Of a stretch of DNA of 26,678 nucleotides, positions 1 to 7,936 are shown one piece after another. The notes below the pieces were generated by a model. It saw only the letters and a program-made list of their open reading frames with translations, did not search any database and was not told the origin of the DNA. The stretch is from IMG/VR virus record IMGVR_UViG_3300032329_000616, positions 1-26,678 of that record, one strand, 5' to 3'. This stretch comes from a virus. Lineage: Duplodnaviria; Caudoviricetes. The number at the start of each line of letters is the position of its first letter. Positions within the stretch are counted from its first letter, which is position 1. The position numbers and the translations under genes were made by a program.

Positions 1-222
1 CCTACAGTGTCAACCTCAAACGGTAACGTTGATTACTTCGGTTACCAGTTAGCAGTACATAAGTATAACTTGAGCCTAATGGCTAAGGGGATACAGTGTA
101 GAGGTGTTAAGTTAAGGGATCTAAAACAGTATTACGGTTTAAAAGGTAGAACAGCAGCCGATTGCTTACCTCAATTCCTGATGATGGTTGAAGGGTACAA
201 GTTACAGTTCCAAGGTAAGTAA
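1..222 (+). CDS. Hypothetical small phage protein, probably 5'-truncated by the window edge
   Basis: Frame is open from base 1 (CCT ACA GTG...) to TAA at 220-222. The GTG at 7 need not be the true start. No recognisable family. Confidence 0.6.
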   Translation, partial: PTVSTSNGNVDYFGYQLAVHKYNLSLMAKGIQCRGVKLRDLKQYYGLKGRTAADCLPQFLMMVEGYKLQFQGK

Positions 223-228
223 ATTAAA

Positions 229-253
229 ACGGACGGGGCATAGCCCCGTTCGT
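229..253 (+). terminator. Intergenic GC-rich hairpin (possible terminator or processing stem) overlapping a promoter-like site
   Basis: ACGGACGGGGC-ATA-GCCCCGTTCGT: 11-bp stem with one G-U pair, just after the stop at 222. No clear U-tract; TATATTCA (253-260) follows. Confidence 0.45.
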
Positions 254-282
254 ATATTCAATTAACCAAAAAATCAAAACAT

Positions 283-534
283 ATGAACGTAAACGATTTA
301 AAACCAAACCATTACATCTTCGGGAACAAAGGCAACGTATGGAGTAATACAGCCCATATAGCTAAATCCGATTTCAGCGGACGTACACTCTGTGGGGTGC
401 CAATGTTAAGTAACAATTGGGCTCGTATTGAGGAAGTAAAAACAATCGGATGTGCTGAATGCTTAGCTAAGTATAATGATAATGAGGATTACATCCAGCA
501 ATTAGCTAAAAATATGGCAGACGCAAGCAAATAA
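283..534 (+). CDS. Hypothetical small protein, possible Zn-binding (H..C..CxxC)
   Basis: ATG after an A-rich leader; motifs AHI...TLCG...GCAEC. Confidence 0.65.
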   Translation: MNVNDLKPNHYIFGNKGNVWSNTAHIAKSDFSGRTLCGVPMLSNNWARIEEVKTIGCAECLAKYNDNEDYIQQLAKNMADASK

Positions 535-535
535 C

Positions 536-790
536 CAGATGCCCGGTCTAATGCCCCAGAGTACAGGAGGGTGCCCGTAAGGGCACCTTCCGGCGTCTGT
601 GTGGGGGAAGGTGCGCGCGCGTGGATCCTTCTGGATCCTCTGGGATCCCCAAGAGAGGACGATCGATAGCGGTCCGATGGCGGTGTGCGCGCGGAATGCT
701 CCCACGCCAATTGCGGTCCATCGATGGCGCGACAATGGTGCGCGAAAATGCAGCGTATTCTCAACGCGCAAACGATCTTTAACCATCGAC
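536..790. other. GC-rich structured non-coding island of unknown function
   Basis: GC content far above flanks. Hairpin 566-591 with GTAA tetraloop; outer stem 536-543/592-599; GGATCC at 623, 633, 643; palindrome CCATCGATGG 718-727; repeated GTGCGCG and GCGGTCC. Confidence 0.6.
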
Positions 791-907
791 AGTATATACG
801 CATATATCCCCACAAGCGAATCCAAATTTCCGAAATAACCCTTTTGAACCACTTTTGCAAAGCCGCAAAATCACCTTTTAACAAATTTTTCACCGTACAA
901 AAATTAT

Positions 908-916
908 ATATTTATT
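908..916 (+). promoter_or_regulatory. Putative phage late promoter motif ATATTTATW
   Basis: ATATTTATT 17 nt before ATG 934; one of nine intergenic copies. Confidence 0.55.
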
Positions 917-933
917 GCCGAAAATCAAACGCC

Positions 934-1797
934 ATGAAATCCTTATTACTTACAGCAATTGTTTTGCTCAGCACCCTTATGCTTAGTGCTCAATGTAAAG
1001 ATGTTTTCGGCAAACCTTGTCCATGTCCCATAGAACAAGACAGTTTAGATTTATATAATAACGCTATTAAAGTAGATGATTATTATAAAACTAACCCAAA
1101 CTATAAAAAAACAGATTCTATATTAGTACTATCCGAAATGGATAAACTAGACGTGTATACCCAATTAATATCAGCACGAAAAATGTATTTTACCGTAAGA
1201 CGATCAATTCCGTGGTCATTTAAATTTAAAGATGTTGAGTTTAAAGATTACTATCAAAAAGTAAGTGATATTAAGTTTAACCAACGTGAACTTGAAAATC
1301 AAATGATAAATATAAATGCACCAATTTCTATGTATGATATCAGAATAATCCCTACTATAATCAACAAATATAGATGTGCTAATGAAAATAACATGTATTA
1401 CGGTGATTTAGTTAATATTCCTATGTATGAACCAATTATGGTTAAACCAGATAGATTACTTACAATTGAAGAAAGAAAAATTAGATATGATAGATTAGGA
1501 CTAATGCCACCAAAATATCAACTTAATCCCGCTCCAATAGTATGGGTTAAAACATCATCTACAATAACACCTAACTTACCTTCAGGTTGTGTTAGTGGTT
1601 ATATATACGGGCCAGATCAAAGCTTAATAGGTGAAATACGTAATGAAGGTAAAGAATTTTGGATTGATTATTCTACATATGCTGTTATGGCTAGAAAAAG
1701 AGAAGATGTAGTTTTAATTAAAAATAGACCAGCATTACAAATATATGTTGATAGATTAGTAGGTAGAGGATCCAACTATTGTAAAATAAAAAACTAG
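934..1797 (+). CDS. Secreted/periplasmic hypothetical protein with signal peptide (287 aa; start revised from 685)
   Basis: MKSLLLTAIVLLSTLMLSA|QC is a typical signal peptide. The upstream in-frame extension runs through the GC-rich island and a promoter motif. Confidence 0.7.
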   Translation: MKSLLLTAIVLLSTLMLSAQCKDVFGKPCPCPIEQDSLDLYNNAIKVDDYYKTNPNYKKTDSILVLSEMDKLDVYTQLISARKMYFTVRRSIPWSFKFKDVEFKDYYQKVSDIKFNQRELENQMININAPISMYDIRIIPTIINKYRCANENNMYYGDLVNIPMYEPIMVKPDRLLTIEERKIRYDRLGLMPPKYQLNPAPIVWVKTSSTITPNLPSGCVSGYIYGPDQSLIGEIRNEGKEFWIDYSTYAVMARKREDVVLIKNRPALQIYVDRLVGRGSNYCKIKN

Positions 1798-1825
1798 GAG
1801 GGGCATATCTAAATTATTATATTTA
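1794..1825 (+). promoter_or_regulatory. Putative host-sigma (Bacteroidota -33/-7-like) promoter
   Basis: CTAG-N20-TATATTTA before ATG 1846; same spacing as three other sites; -33 element imperfect. Confidence 0.4.
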
Positions 1826-1845
1826 GTACACATATACATTATAAA

Positions 1846-2049
1846 ATGCATAAAAAAACAATAACAGACGTTTTCTTAACGAAAGAAGCGTTTATCCAAT
1901 ATTCTATACGCTTGCGAGAAGAGCAAGCTAAAGCGCATGGTATGACGCTTGAACAATGGGATAATGCTATTGCTACTCAACAGACAGTTAGCCCTAATAC
2001 CCAGCAATCTACTGAATGGAATGGTCCTACATCATCATTTAACGGATAA
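1846..2049 (+). CDS. Hypothetical protein
   Basis: 67-aa ORF that fills the gap between neighbours, with an AT-rich leader. Confidence 0.6.
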   Translation: MHKKTITDVFLTKEAFIQYSIRLREEQAKAHGMTLEQWDNAIATQQTVSPNTQQSTEWNGPTSSFNG

Positions 2050-2055
2050 TAAATT

Positions 2056-2532
2056 ATGAAACGAGTTACGATTGAAGAATCACACTATTATATTAAATTA
2101 AATACAGGTAATGCACGTAAAGCCGATGCGTTCGTATTAATACCAGATAAAGATGGCTGGGATCACGTACAATATCTTGCTAATGCGATAGTAGACCCAT
2201 CCGGTGCTACTCGTCCTACGGAGTATGTTTATGTTTTAGTTAACAAATCTGTTCCTAATATGGTTAAGATTGGTATGACTACAACTACTCCTGATGCTCG
2301 TGCTAAGGAAATTTCTTCTGCTACCGGAGTAGCAGTTCCTTGGATTCCTGTTTATTGGTTTAAGTGTTATCGTTCTGATTTGTTAGAGGCTGAAGTACAT
2401 AATTATTTTAAAGAATATAGAGTTAATCATAAACGTGAAATGTTTGAGGTAGATTCGTACACTGCACAACGTGTTATTGAGGATCTTGGATATAAGTATT
2501 CTACTGCGTTGTGGGATCACAACAGGCTGTGA
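2056..2532 (+). CDS. T5orf172/MUG113-type GIY-YIG domain protein
   Basis: YVYVLVN...VKIGMT...RAKEISSATGV...LEAEVH...RV...REMF motif series. Confidence 0.85.
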   Translation: MKRVTIEESHYYIKLNTGNARKADAFVLIPDKDGWDHVQYLANAIVDPSGATRPTEYVYVLVNKSVPNMVKIGMTTTTPDARAKEISSATGVAVPWIPVYWFKCYRSDLLEAEVHNYFKEYRVNHKREMFEVDSYTAQRVIEDLGYKYSTALWDHNRL

Positions 2533-2539
2533 TCATTTA

Positions 2540-2548
2540 ATATTTATT
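2540..2548 (+). promoter_or_regulatory. Putative late promoter motif ATATTTATW
   Basis: ATATTTATT 3 nt before ATG 2552. Confidence 0.5.
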
Positions 2549-2551
2549 GAT

Positions 2552-2791
2552 ATGAAAACATACAAAATTAAACTTGAAGATAAAGCTGCTTTTCTAAATC
2601 GTTTAGAAAAAGCTGAAGTTAATGTTGGTAGTTATGAAATTGTGGATAATAAGTTAGAAGGTTATTTTGAAATTACATTTACCACACCAGAAGATGAAGA
2701 AAAGGCAAAAACAATTCTACGCCAATCTCCAAAAATTAATAAGGTTACAGAAATGATACGCAGAATGGTTCGTGAAGAATTATCAAAATAA
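2552..2791 (+). CDS. Hypothetical protein (79 aa; start revised from 2471)
   Basis: ATG 2552 (MKTYKIKLE) removes the overlap with the previous gene and follows the motif. Ends in IRRMVREEL. Confidence 0.7.
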   Translation: MKTYKIKLEDKAAFLNRLEKAEVNVGSYEIVDNKLEGYFEITFTTPEDEEKAKTILRQSPKINKVTEMIRRMVREELSK

Positions 2792-2792
2792 A

Positions 2793-2824
2793 CTTGGAAA
2801 TATAAAAAAAATCTCGTAACTTAA
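2793..2824 (+). promoter_or_regulatory. Putative host-sigma (-33/-7-like) promoter
   Basis: CTTG-N20-TAACTTAA. Confidence 0.45.
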
Positions 2825-2897
2825 GCCTACGTGCGGTTTAAAAAGGTTAAGGGGAAAAGAGAATGGAAGAAAGAAATGAGGGAACAGAAATGGGCGT

Positions 2898-2906
2898 ATA
2901 TTTATA
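2898..2906 (+). promoter_or_regulatory. Putative late promoter motif ATATTTATW
   Basis: ATATTTATA 14 nt before ATG 2921. Confidence 0.55.
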
Positions 2907-2920
2907 TATAAACATATATT

Positions 2921-3121
2921 ATGAGATACAAAAACAATGTATTAGAAAAATTAGGACAAATTGACGTTATTGCTAATCGCATTAATGTTCAAGTAAACAG
3001 AGGTGGAACCCAAGATCAAGTTCTTGAATCTGTTGAACTGTTAAAAGAAGCAATAGAAAATGCTAGATCAATGGTTTCTATTGAAGCGGATGATTTTGAT
3101 CAACAATTTAGACCACAATAA
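2921..3121 (+). CDS. Hypothetical helical protein
   Basis: 66-aa ORF with an amphipathic helical pattern. Confidence 0.7.
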   Translation: MRYKNNVLEKLGQIDVIANRINVQVNRGGTQDQVLESVELLKEAIENARSMVSIEADDFDQQFRPQ

Positions 3122-3127
3122 TAATTT

Positions 3128-3394
3128 ATGCAAACAGTTTTATGGGTTATATTAGTTCATGTTATTGAATTAGCAGGTATTGCTTTTTACTTAATAGTTA
3201 GAAAAAATAAAAAATTAGAACAAATAGTATTAAGTCAACAACAAACTATTGATGCTATTTCTGTACTTACAAGTAAAATGGACGATTCCTTTAAACAGTT
3301 AGATGGAAGAGTATGGGTTGGAGAAGATGAAGAGCTTAAAACTATGTTTGATGAATTAAAAGAAGTTCAATCTATTTTAAGTTCATTGAAGTAG
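3128..3394 (+). CDS. Small membrane-anchored coiled-coil protein
   Basis: N-terminal hydrophobic segment VLWVILVHVIELAGIAFYLIV, then RKNKK and a heptad pattern. Confidence 0.7.
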   Translation: MQTVLWVILVHVIELAGIAFYLIVRKNKKLEQIVLSQQQTIDAISVLTSKMDDSFKQLDGRVWVGEDEELKTMFDELKEVQSILSSLK

Positions 3395-3395
3395 A

Positions 3396-3427
3396 TTTGG
3401 TTATGGTATTTTCTGTTATTATATTAT
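3396..3427 (+). promoter_or_regulatory. Putative host-sigma (-33/-7-like) promoter for the sigma factor gene
   Basis: TTTG-N20-TATATTAT, resembling the Bacteroidota TTTG...TAnnTTTG consensus. Confidence 0.5.
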
Positions 3428-3444
3428 AGCAAACAGACTATATT

Positions 3445-4224
3445 ATGACATATTTCTATGAAGAAGAACAACATGATGAATTTTTAATTAAGGAAGACGA
3501 AGTTGTTGCTCTAAATAAACGTGGTCAACCACGTAAACGTAAACCTAAAGAACCTCGTATTTACTTTACTGAGGATACTGAAAACGCTATTGTTGAATAT
3601 CTTTCACTTACTGATCAATCTCAACGAAATCGATTATATAGTGATAGAATTCAATATGCTTTCTATAAACTTGCTGAAAATATAATTCATACATTTAAGT
3701 TTTATTATACCGACTCAGATACAATTGAGGAACTTAAGCATGAAGTTGTAACATTTCTACTCGAAAAACTTCACTTATATAATCAGGAAAAAGGTAAAGC
3801 CTACTCTTATTTTGGCACCATTGCCAAACGCTATCTTATTGTCTACAACGAAAAAAACTACAAGAAACTTCAGGAATATACTGAATTAGACGAAGTTAAT
3901 GATGAATCTCATATTTCATATGAAGATGTTAATAATATTAGTCCTAATTTAGAATATAATGATTTTATTGATCAGTATGTTCGTTACGTAGATAAGCATT
4001 TATTTGAGATATTTCCTAAAAAACAAGATCATAAAACAGCAGACGCTATTCTTGAATTATTTCGTAAACGTGAATCATTAGAAATATTCAATAAAAAAGC
4101 CCTATACATTTATATCCGCGAAATTACAGACGCTGCTACTCCCCAGATTACTAAAGTAACTAAAAAATTAAATGATTTACGTATTCGTCTATATAACAGA
4201 TATTACGAAAACGGACATATATAA
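3445..4224 (+). CDS. Phage late-transcription sigma factor, T4 gp55-like
   Basis: FYKLAENII...EELKHEVVTFLLEKLHLYNQEKGKAYSYFGTIAKRYLI parallels sigma region 2 of gp55-type proteins (F/Y-x-x-EK...F-A/S-YF-x-x-I). Sits directly before the structural module. Confidence 0.7.
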   Translation: MTYFYEEEQHDEFLIKEDEVVALNKRGQPRKRKPKEPRIYFTEDTENAIVEYLSLTDQSQRNRLYSDRIQYAFYKLAENIIHTFKFYYTDSDTIEELKHEVVTFLLEKLHLYNQEKGKAYSYFGTIAKRYLIVYNEKNYKKLQEYTELDEVNDESHISYEDVNNISPNLEYNDFIDQYVRYVDKHLFEIFPKKQDHKTADAILELFRKRESLEIFNKKALYIYIREITDAATPQITKVTKKLNDLRIRLYNRYYENGHI

Positions 4225-4238
4225 GGATTTAGTTAACT

Positions 4239-4247
4239 ATATTTATT
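4239..4247 (+). promoter_or_regulatory. Putative late promoter motif ATATTTATW
   Basis: ATATTTATT 14 nt before ATG 4262. Confidence 0.55.
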
Positions 4248-4261
4248 GATAAACGCGACTT

Positions 4262-4660
4262 ATGGCTAATTTTGATGATATATTATTATTTGATAGTAAA
4301 TCACTAGGTGATATTTTTAAACAGATTCATAAAAATAATAAGGATACTGATAAGCAGATTAATGAGTTAATTGATGCTCTCAAACCATTAGCATCATCTA
4401 ATGCCGGCTCGGCAGTGATGTTAATGCCTACTGTTAAGGATTTAATTGATGTTAATGTAAAAAATAACGAACAATTAATTAAAATGGCAGGTATTGCTCA
4501 AAGAGCAGCAACAGCAACAGTATCCGATAATGGAGGATTTGATTTATTTAATTCAGATGAAATTCAACAATTACTAGAAGAACAAAAAGCAATTAAAGAT
4601 GAAGGTAGTAAATTGTTAGAACAAACATCAACTGTACAACATCAAATAGAAAATAAATGA
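4262..4660 (+). CDS. Helical-hairpin protein; possibly terminase small subunit-like
   Basis: The ORF is solid. Size and two long amphipathic helices only loosely recall gp16-type small terminases, so function is speculative. Confidence 0.4.
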   Translation: MANFDDILLFDSKSLGDIFKQIHKNNKDTDKQINELIDALKPLASSNAGSAVMLMPTVKDLIDVNVKNNEQLIKMAGIAQRAATATVSDNGGFDLFNSDEIQQLLEEQKAIKDEGSKLLEQTSTVQHQIENK

Positions 4661-5817
4661 GGATAAAAGAAAATTTAGGCGGTATAGTAAGGGCAACTGG
4701 AAACATCCCTCAATCTGCTCCTAATTCTAAACCACAAATTGGTAAGGTATATGGTGTTGTACTAGATGAAAATACACCTAATAATATTTTATTTAACAAA
4801 GCGGGTGGATGGAGTGGAATAGGTTCTGTTTATTATTTAGAATACAGTGCTGGTAAAAATCTAGATACAGTTAATTTAAATGAATGTAAACTCGCTAGAC
4901 CTCTTCAATCTCATATCCAAAATTATCCTTTAATAGGAGAACTAATTCTTTTAACAGATGCTCCTGCTCCTACAAGTCAAACTAGTAATACATCAAATCA
5001 AAAATATTATGTAAGTGTTGTAAATGTATGGAATAGTAATCAACAAAATTCACCAAGTGGTGAGTTTTTAGGTAAAACCTTTACAGAAAATGCAGATGCT
5101 AGAAATTTAAGAACATTTGAAGGAGATATAATATATCAAGGTAGAAAAGGTAGTGGATTAAGATTCGGAAGTACAACAAAATTATATTTAAATGTTAATG
5201 AATGGAGTACTGTAGGAAATGATGGTGATCCTATTACTATATTAACTAATGGATATGTAACTAAAGATACTAAGTCTTTAATTCCCATTGTTGAAAAGAT
5301 AAATGAAGAACTATCTGCTGCTTATTTTACATCAACCCAAATTCTTCCCTTACAACCGGGAGCTAGTATAGTTAATCCTAGAGTTAATACTATATTACCT
5401 AAAGATTATAGATCATCTCAAGTAATATTAAATGGAGATAGAATTACTCTTAATTCTAAAAAAGACGAAGTATTATTATTTGCTAAAACAAATATTGAAT
5501 TAAATAGTGATAATGTTATTAATATAAATGCTGGAAGAGTAGCTCATATATTTTCTCCTTCTATTGCTTTAGGAACAAAACCAGATGGATCTTATCCTGA
5601 TGAACCTTTATTATTAGGAAATAAAACAAAAGAATTACTCAAACAATTACTATCAGTATTATCTACCCTAGGTAATGATTTAAAATCAGTTGTAACTCCA
5701 ATACCTGGATCTCCTTTAGTAGGAGTAAATGTAGCTGGGGTTAACTTAGCAGCTAGTATACAAACTATGCAGGATTTACTTAAAGATATAGCTTCCACTA
5801 ATAATTTTACCGTATAA
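4657..5817 (+). CDS. Baseplate central spike/hub, gp5/gpV-like
   Basis: N-terminal OB-fold-like GKVYGV...YPLIGELI; beta-helix-like VILNGDRITLNS...IELNSDNVININAG; EPLLLG motif; lies upstream of gp25/gp6; ATGA overlap with the previous gene. Confidence 0.65.
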   Translation: MRIKENLGGIVRATGNIPQSAPNSKPQIGKVYGVVLDENTPNNILFNKAGGWSGIGSVYYLEYSAGKNLDTVNLNECKLARPLQSHIQNYPLIGELILLTDAPAPTSQTSNTSNQKYYVSVVNVWNSNQQNSPSGEFLGKTFTENADARNLRTFEGDIIYQGRKGSGLRFGSTTKLYLNVNEWSTVGNDGDPITILTNGYVTKDTKSLIPIVEKINEELSAAYFTSTQILPLQPGASIVNPRVNTILPKDYRSSQVILNGDRITLNSKKDEVLLFAKTNIELNSDNVININAGRVAHIFSPSIALGTKPDGSYPDEPLLLGNKTKELLKQLLSVLSTLGNDLKSVVTPIPGSPLVGVNVAGVNLAASIQTMQDLLKDIASTNNFTV

Positions 5818-7145
5818 TGGCCACTACTATAGTACCTACTAATCCAAATACCCCTACACCCCCAGCAGTCCCTGGTAATGTAGCTTCTTTAGCTAATCCT
5901 AATACATTATCTAATTTAAGAAATTCTGTTTCTCCTCAAACCTTTGGAGATCAAATTAAAAATCAAGCTAAACAACAAATAATTAAGGCTGCTACTAATT
6001 CTCCATTAACTAAATTATATGAAGAAAAAGCAAGTTTAATTAAGGAAGAGATACAATTAGATATAGATCATCAAAAAGCACTAGCAAAATTAACTATTCA
6101 ACATACTCCTACTGTAAAAATAGAAAACGGACAAACAGTAGAAGTTCCACCTAGACTAACAGATCAAGAATATAATGATGCTGTTAATGCTGAAAATACA
6201 GCTTATACAGAGGCAAAGAAAAACATTCAAATTAGAAAAGAAGCTAATCAAAAAGCAATAGATGATGTAATTAAAGATCCTTTTAAAAAACAAAAAGATA
6301 AATTAAAAGCATTAAATTTAAAAATAGATAAAGATAAAGTAAAAGGTAAAGCAGCTGGAGTAAAAGCAGATATTCAAAGAAATATTAGTGCTCTTAAACA
6401 TCCTAATCAACCAGAAAAAAAAATAGCAATTGCTTTATCTATTATATTAACAGCAATATTAATTAGAATATTACAAGAACAAAAAGAAAAATTACAAGAT
6501 CTAGTAGTAAAAACAAATATTATAATTGATAATGCTACTACAAAAGATCAAATAAATCAAGCTATATTATTAAAAAATAAAGCTGTAACTATTATAAATA
6601 GTCAACAAAGAAAAATAGAAAATATAAGAAATATACTTACTACTATAAGTTTAATACTAGAAATATTATCTTTACTTATAATAATTTTAACCCCTCTTAT
6701 TATTTTAAATCCAGGACTAAAATTAGTTATTGATAAAATAAAAACAATAATAGAAGCTATAAATTCAATTTTAGTTATAATTATTCCTTTATTAAATTTA
6801 GCAATTGATGATTTAAATAATTTAAGAAATCAACTGCACGATATATTTGCATTAGTAGATGTAGCGGCGGCCGCTACTATTCCTAATATTAATTCTTCAT
6901 TAACATTTGGTACAAGTGGAGATAATGGTAGTGGTTTCCCTGATTATAAAGGATTTAAATTTGCTCTTAGAGAAGATAGTGGTCCTAATGCTGTAGTAGT
7001 AGCAGGAAATAAACGCCACTATGCTGTAGCCATTGATACTAATAATGTAGAAGTATTAAAAAGTGAATTATCATTTACATTAGATCCAAATGATTTAATA
7101 GATCAATTAAAATTAGTAATAGATCAACAAAACTTAATAGCTTAA
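5817..7145 (+). CDS. Coiled-coil protein with long hydrophobic helices, probably virion-associated
   Basis: 442 aa, coupled to the spike gene via TAATG; Ile/Leu-rich segments at about 6420-6475 and 6630-6805. Confidence 0.6.
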   Translation: MATTIVPTNPNTPTPPAVPGNVASLANPNTLSNLRNSVSPQTFGDQIKNQAKQQIIKAATNSPLTKLYEEKASLIKEEIQLDIDHQKALAKLTIQHTPTVKIENGQTVEVPPRLTDQEYNDAVNAENTAYTEAKKNIQIRKEANQKAIDDVIKDPFKKQKDKLKALNLKIDKDKVKGKAAGVKADIQRNISALKHPNQPEKKIAIALSIILTAILIRILQEQKEKLQDLVVKTNIIIDNATTKDQINQAILLKNKAVTIINSQQRKIENIRNILTTISLILEILSLLIIILTPLIILNPGLKLVIDKIKTIIEAINSILVIIIPLLNLAIDDLNNLRNQLHDIFALVDVAAAATIPNINSSLTFGTSGDNGSGFPDYKGFKFALREDSGPNAVVVAGNKRHYAVAIDTNNVEVLKSELSFTLDPNDLIDQLKLVIDQQNLIA

Positions 7146-7154
7146 ATATTTATT
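7146..7154 (+). promoter_or_regulatory. Putative late promoter motif ATATTTATW
   Basis: ATATTTATT fills most of the 12-nt gap before ATG 7158. Confidence 0.55.
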
Positions 7155-7157
7155 TAT

Positions 7158-7523
7158 ATGAACGTAAAATTATTCAAAAAACTTATTAGAGAAGCAGTAA
7201 TCGAGGCTCTTCATGAAGAATTACCTGATATTATTAATGAAACATTAGCTAAACAAAACAAGCAACCACTACGTGAAAATAAAACGTTTAATTTTACTAG
7301 TGCTGATGTAGCTCCATTATCCGGAGATGTACGTAGTTCATTAATGGCTAAACTAGGAGCTGAATTTGGGTTTCAACAACCCCAACAACAATCTTTAAAA
7401 GTTATAGATGCTGTTGATGAATCTACTGGTGAAAAAGTTAATCCATATTTAAATTTTATAGCAGACGCAGCCAATAATATGACACCAATGGATAAATCAG
7501 GATTACGAAATTTAGATATGTAA
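7158..7523 (+). CDS. Hypothetical late protein
   Basis: 121 aa; N-terminal FKKLIREAVIEALHEE helix and internal LRE. Confidence 0.7.
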   Translation: MNVKLFKKLIREAVIEALHEELPDIINETLAKQNKQPLRENKTFNFTSADVAPLSGDVRSSLMAKLGAEFGFQQPQQQSLKVIDAVDESTGEKVNPYLNFIADAANNMTPMDKSGLRNLDM

Positions 7524-7524
7524 T

Positions 7525-7935
7525 ATGCCAATACCGCAAACAATACAGGTTAATCCATTAGATTTGCAAGGAAACATTGCAATTGGGGTATCTTTACCTT
7601 TTAATGGACCGGTTGCTTTTAATAGTACATATAGTACAGCAGACCAAGTTAAATCTAATTTAATTAATTTATTACTTACCAATAAAGGTGAGCGAGTAAT
7701 GAATCCTGAATTTGGAGCTAATCTTAAAAGAGCATTGTTTGAAGGAATAGTAGAAGATACTGCTGTAACAATAAAAAATCTAGTTTATACTAATGTAGGA
7801 ATATACATTCCCGAAATAACAGTAAATGATGTTAGAATAACAACAGATAAAGATAATCATACTATATCAGTAACTATAGTATATACTTTAAATATATCAG
7901 GAACATCAAGTCAAGTAACAGTACAATTTATATAA
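7525..7935 (+). CDS. Baseplate wedge subunit, gp25/GPW family
   Basis: VKSNLINLLLTNKGERVMNPEFG signature; 136 aa. Confidence 0.92.
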   Translation: MPIPQTIQVNPLDLQGNIAIGVSLPFNGPVAFNSTYSTADQVKSNLINLLLTNKGERVMNPEFGANLKRALFEGIVEDTAVTIKNLVYTNVGIYIPEITVNDVRITTDKDNHTISVTIVYTLNISGTSSQVTVQFI

Positions 7936-7936
7936 A

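Noticed and set aside
530-575. Superficial twister-ribozyme resemblance (TAAC...GCC.GGTC....GCCC...GAGGG)
   Set aside because: The required P2, P4 and pseudoknot pairings fail on inspection; no hammerhead core either. A covariance-model search would settle it.
489-893. ORFs 489-893(-), 502-852(-), 599-838(+) and the 685-933 extension
   Set aside because: By-products of the stop-poor GC-rich island; atypical composition, mutually overlapping, no motifs.
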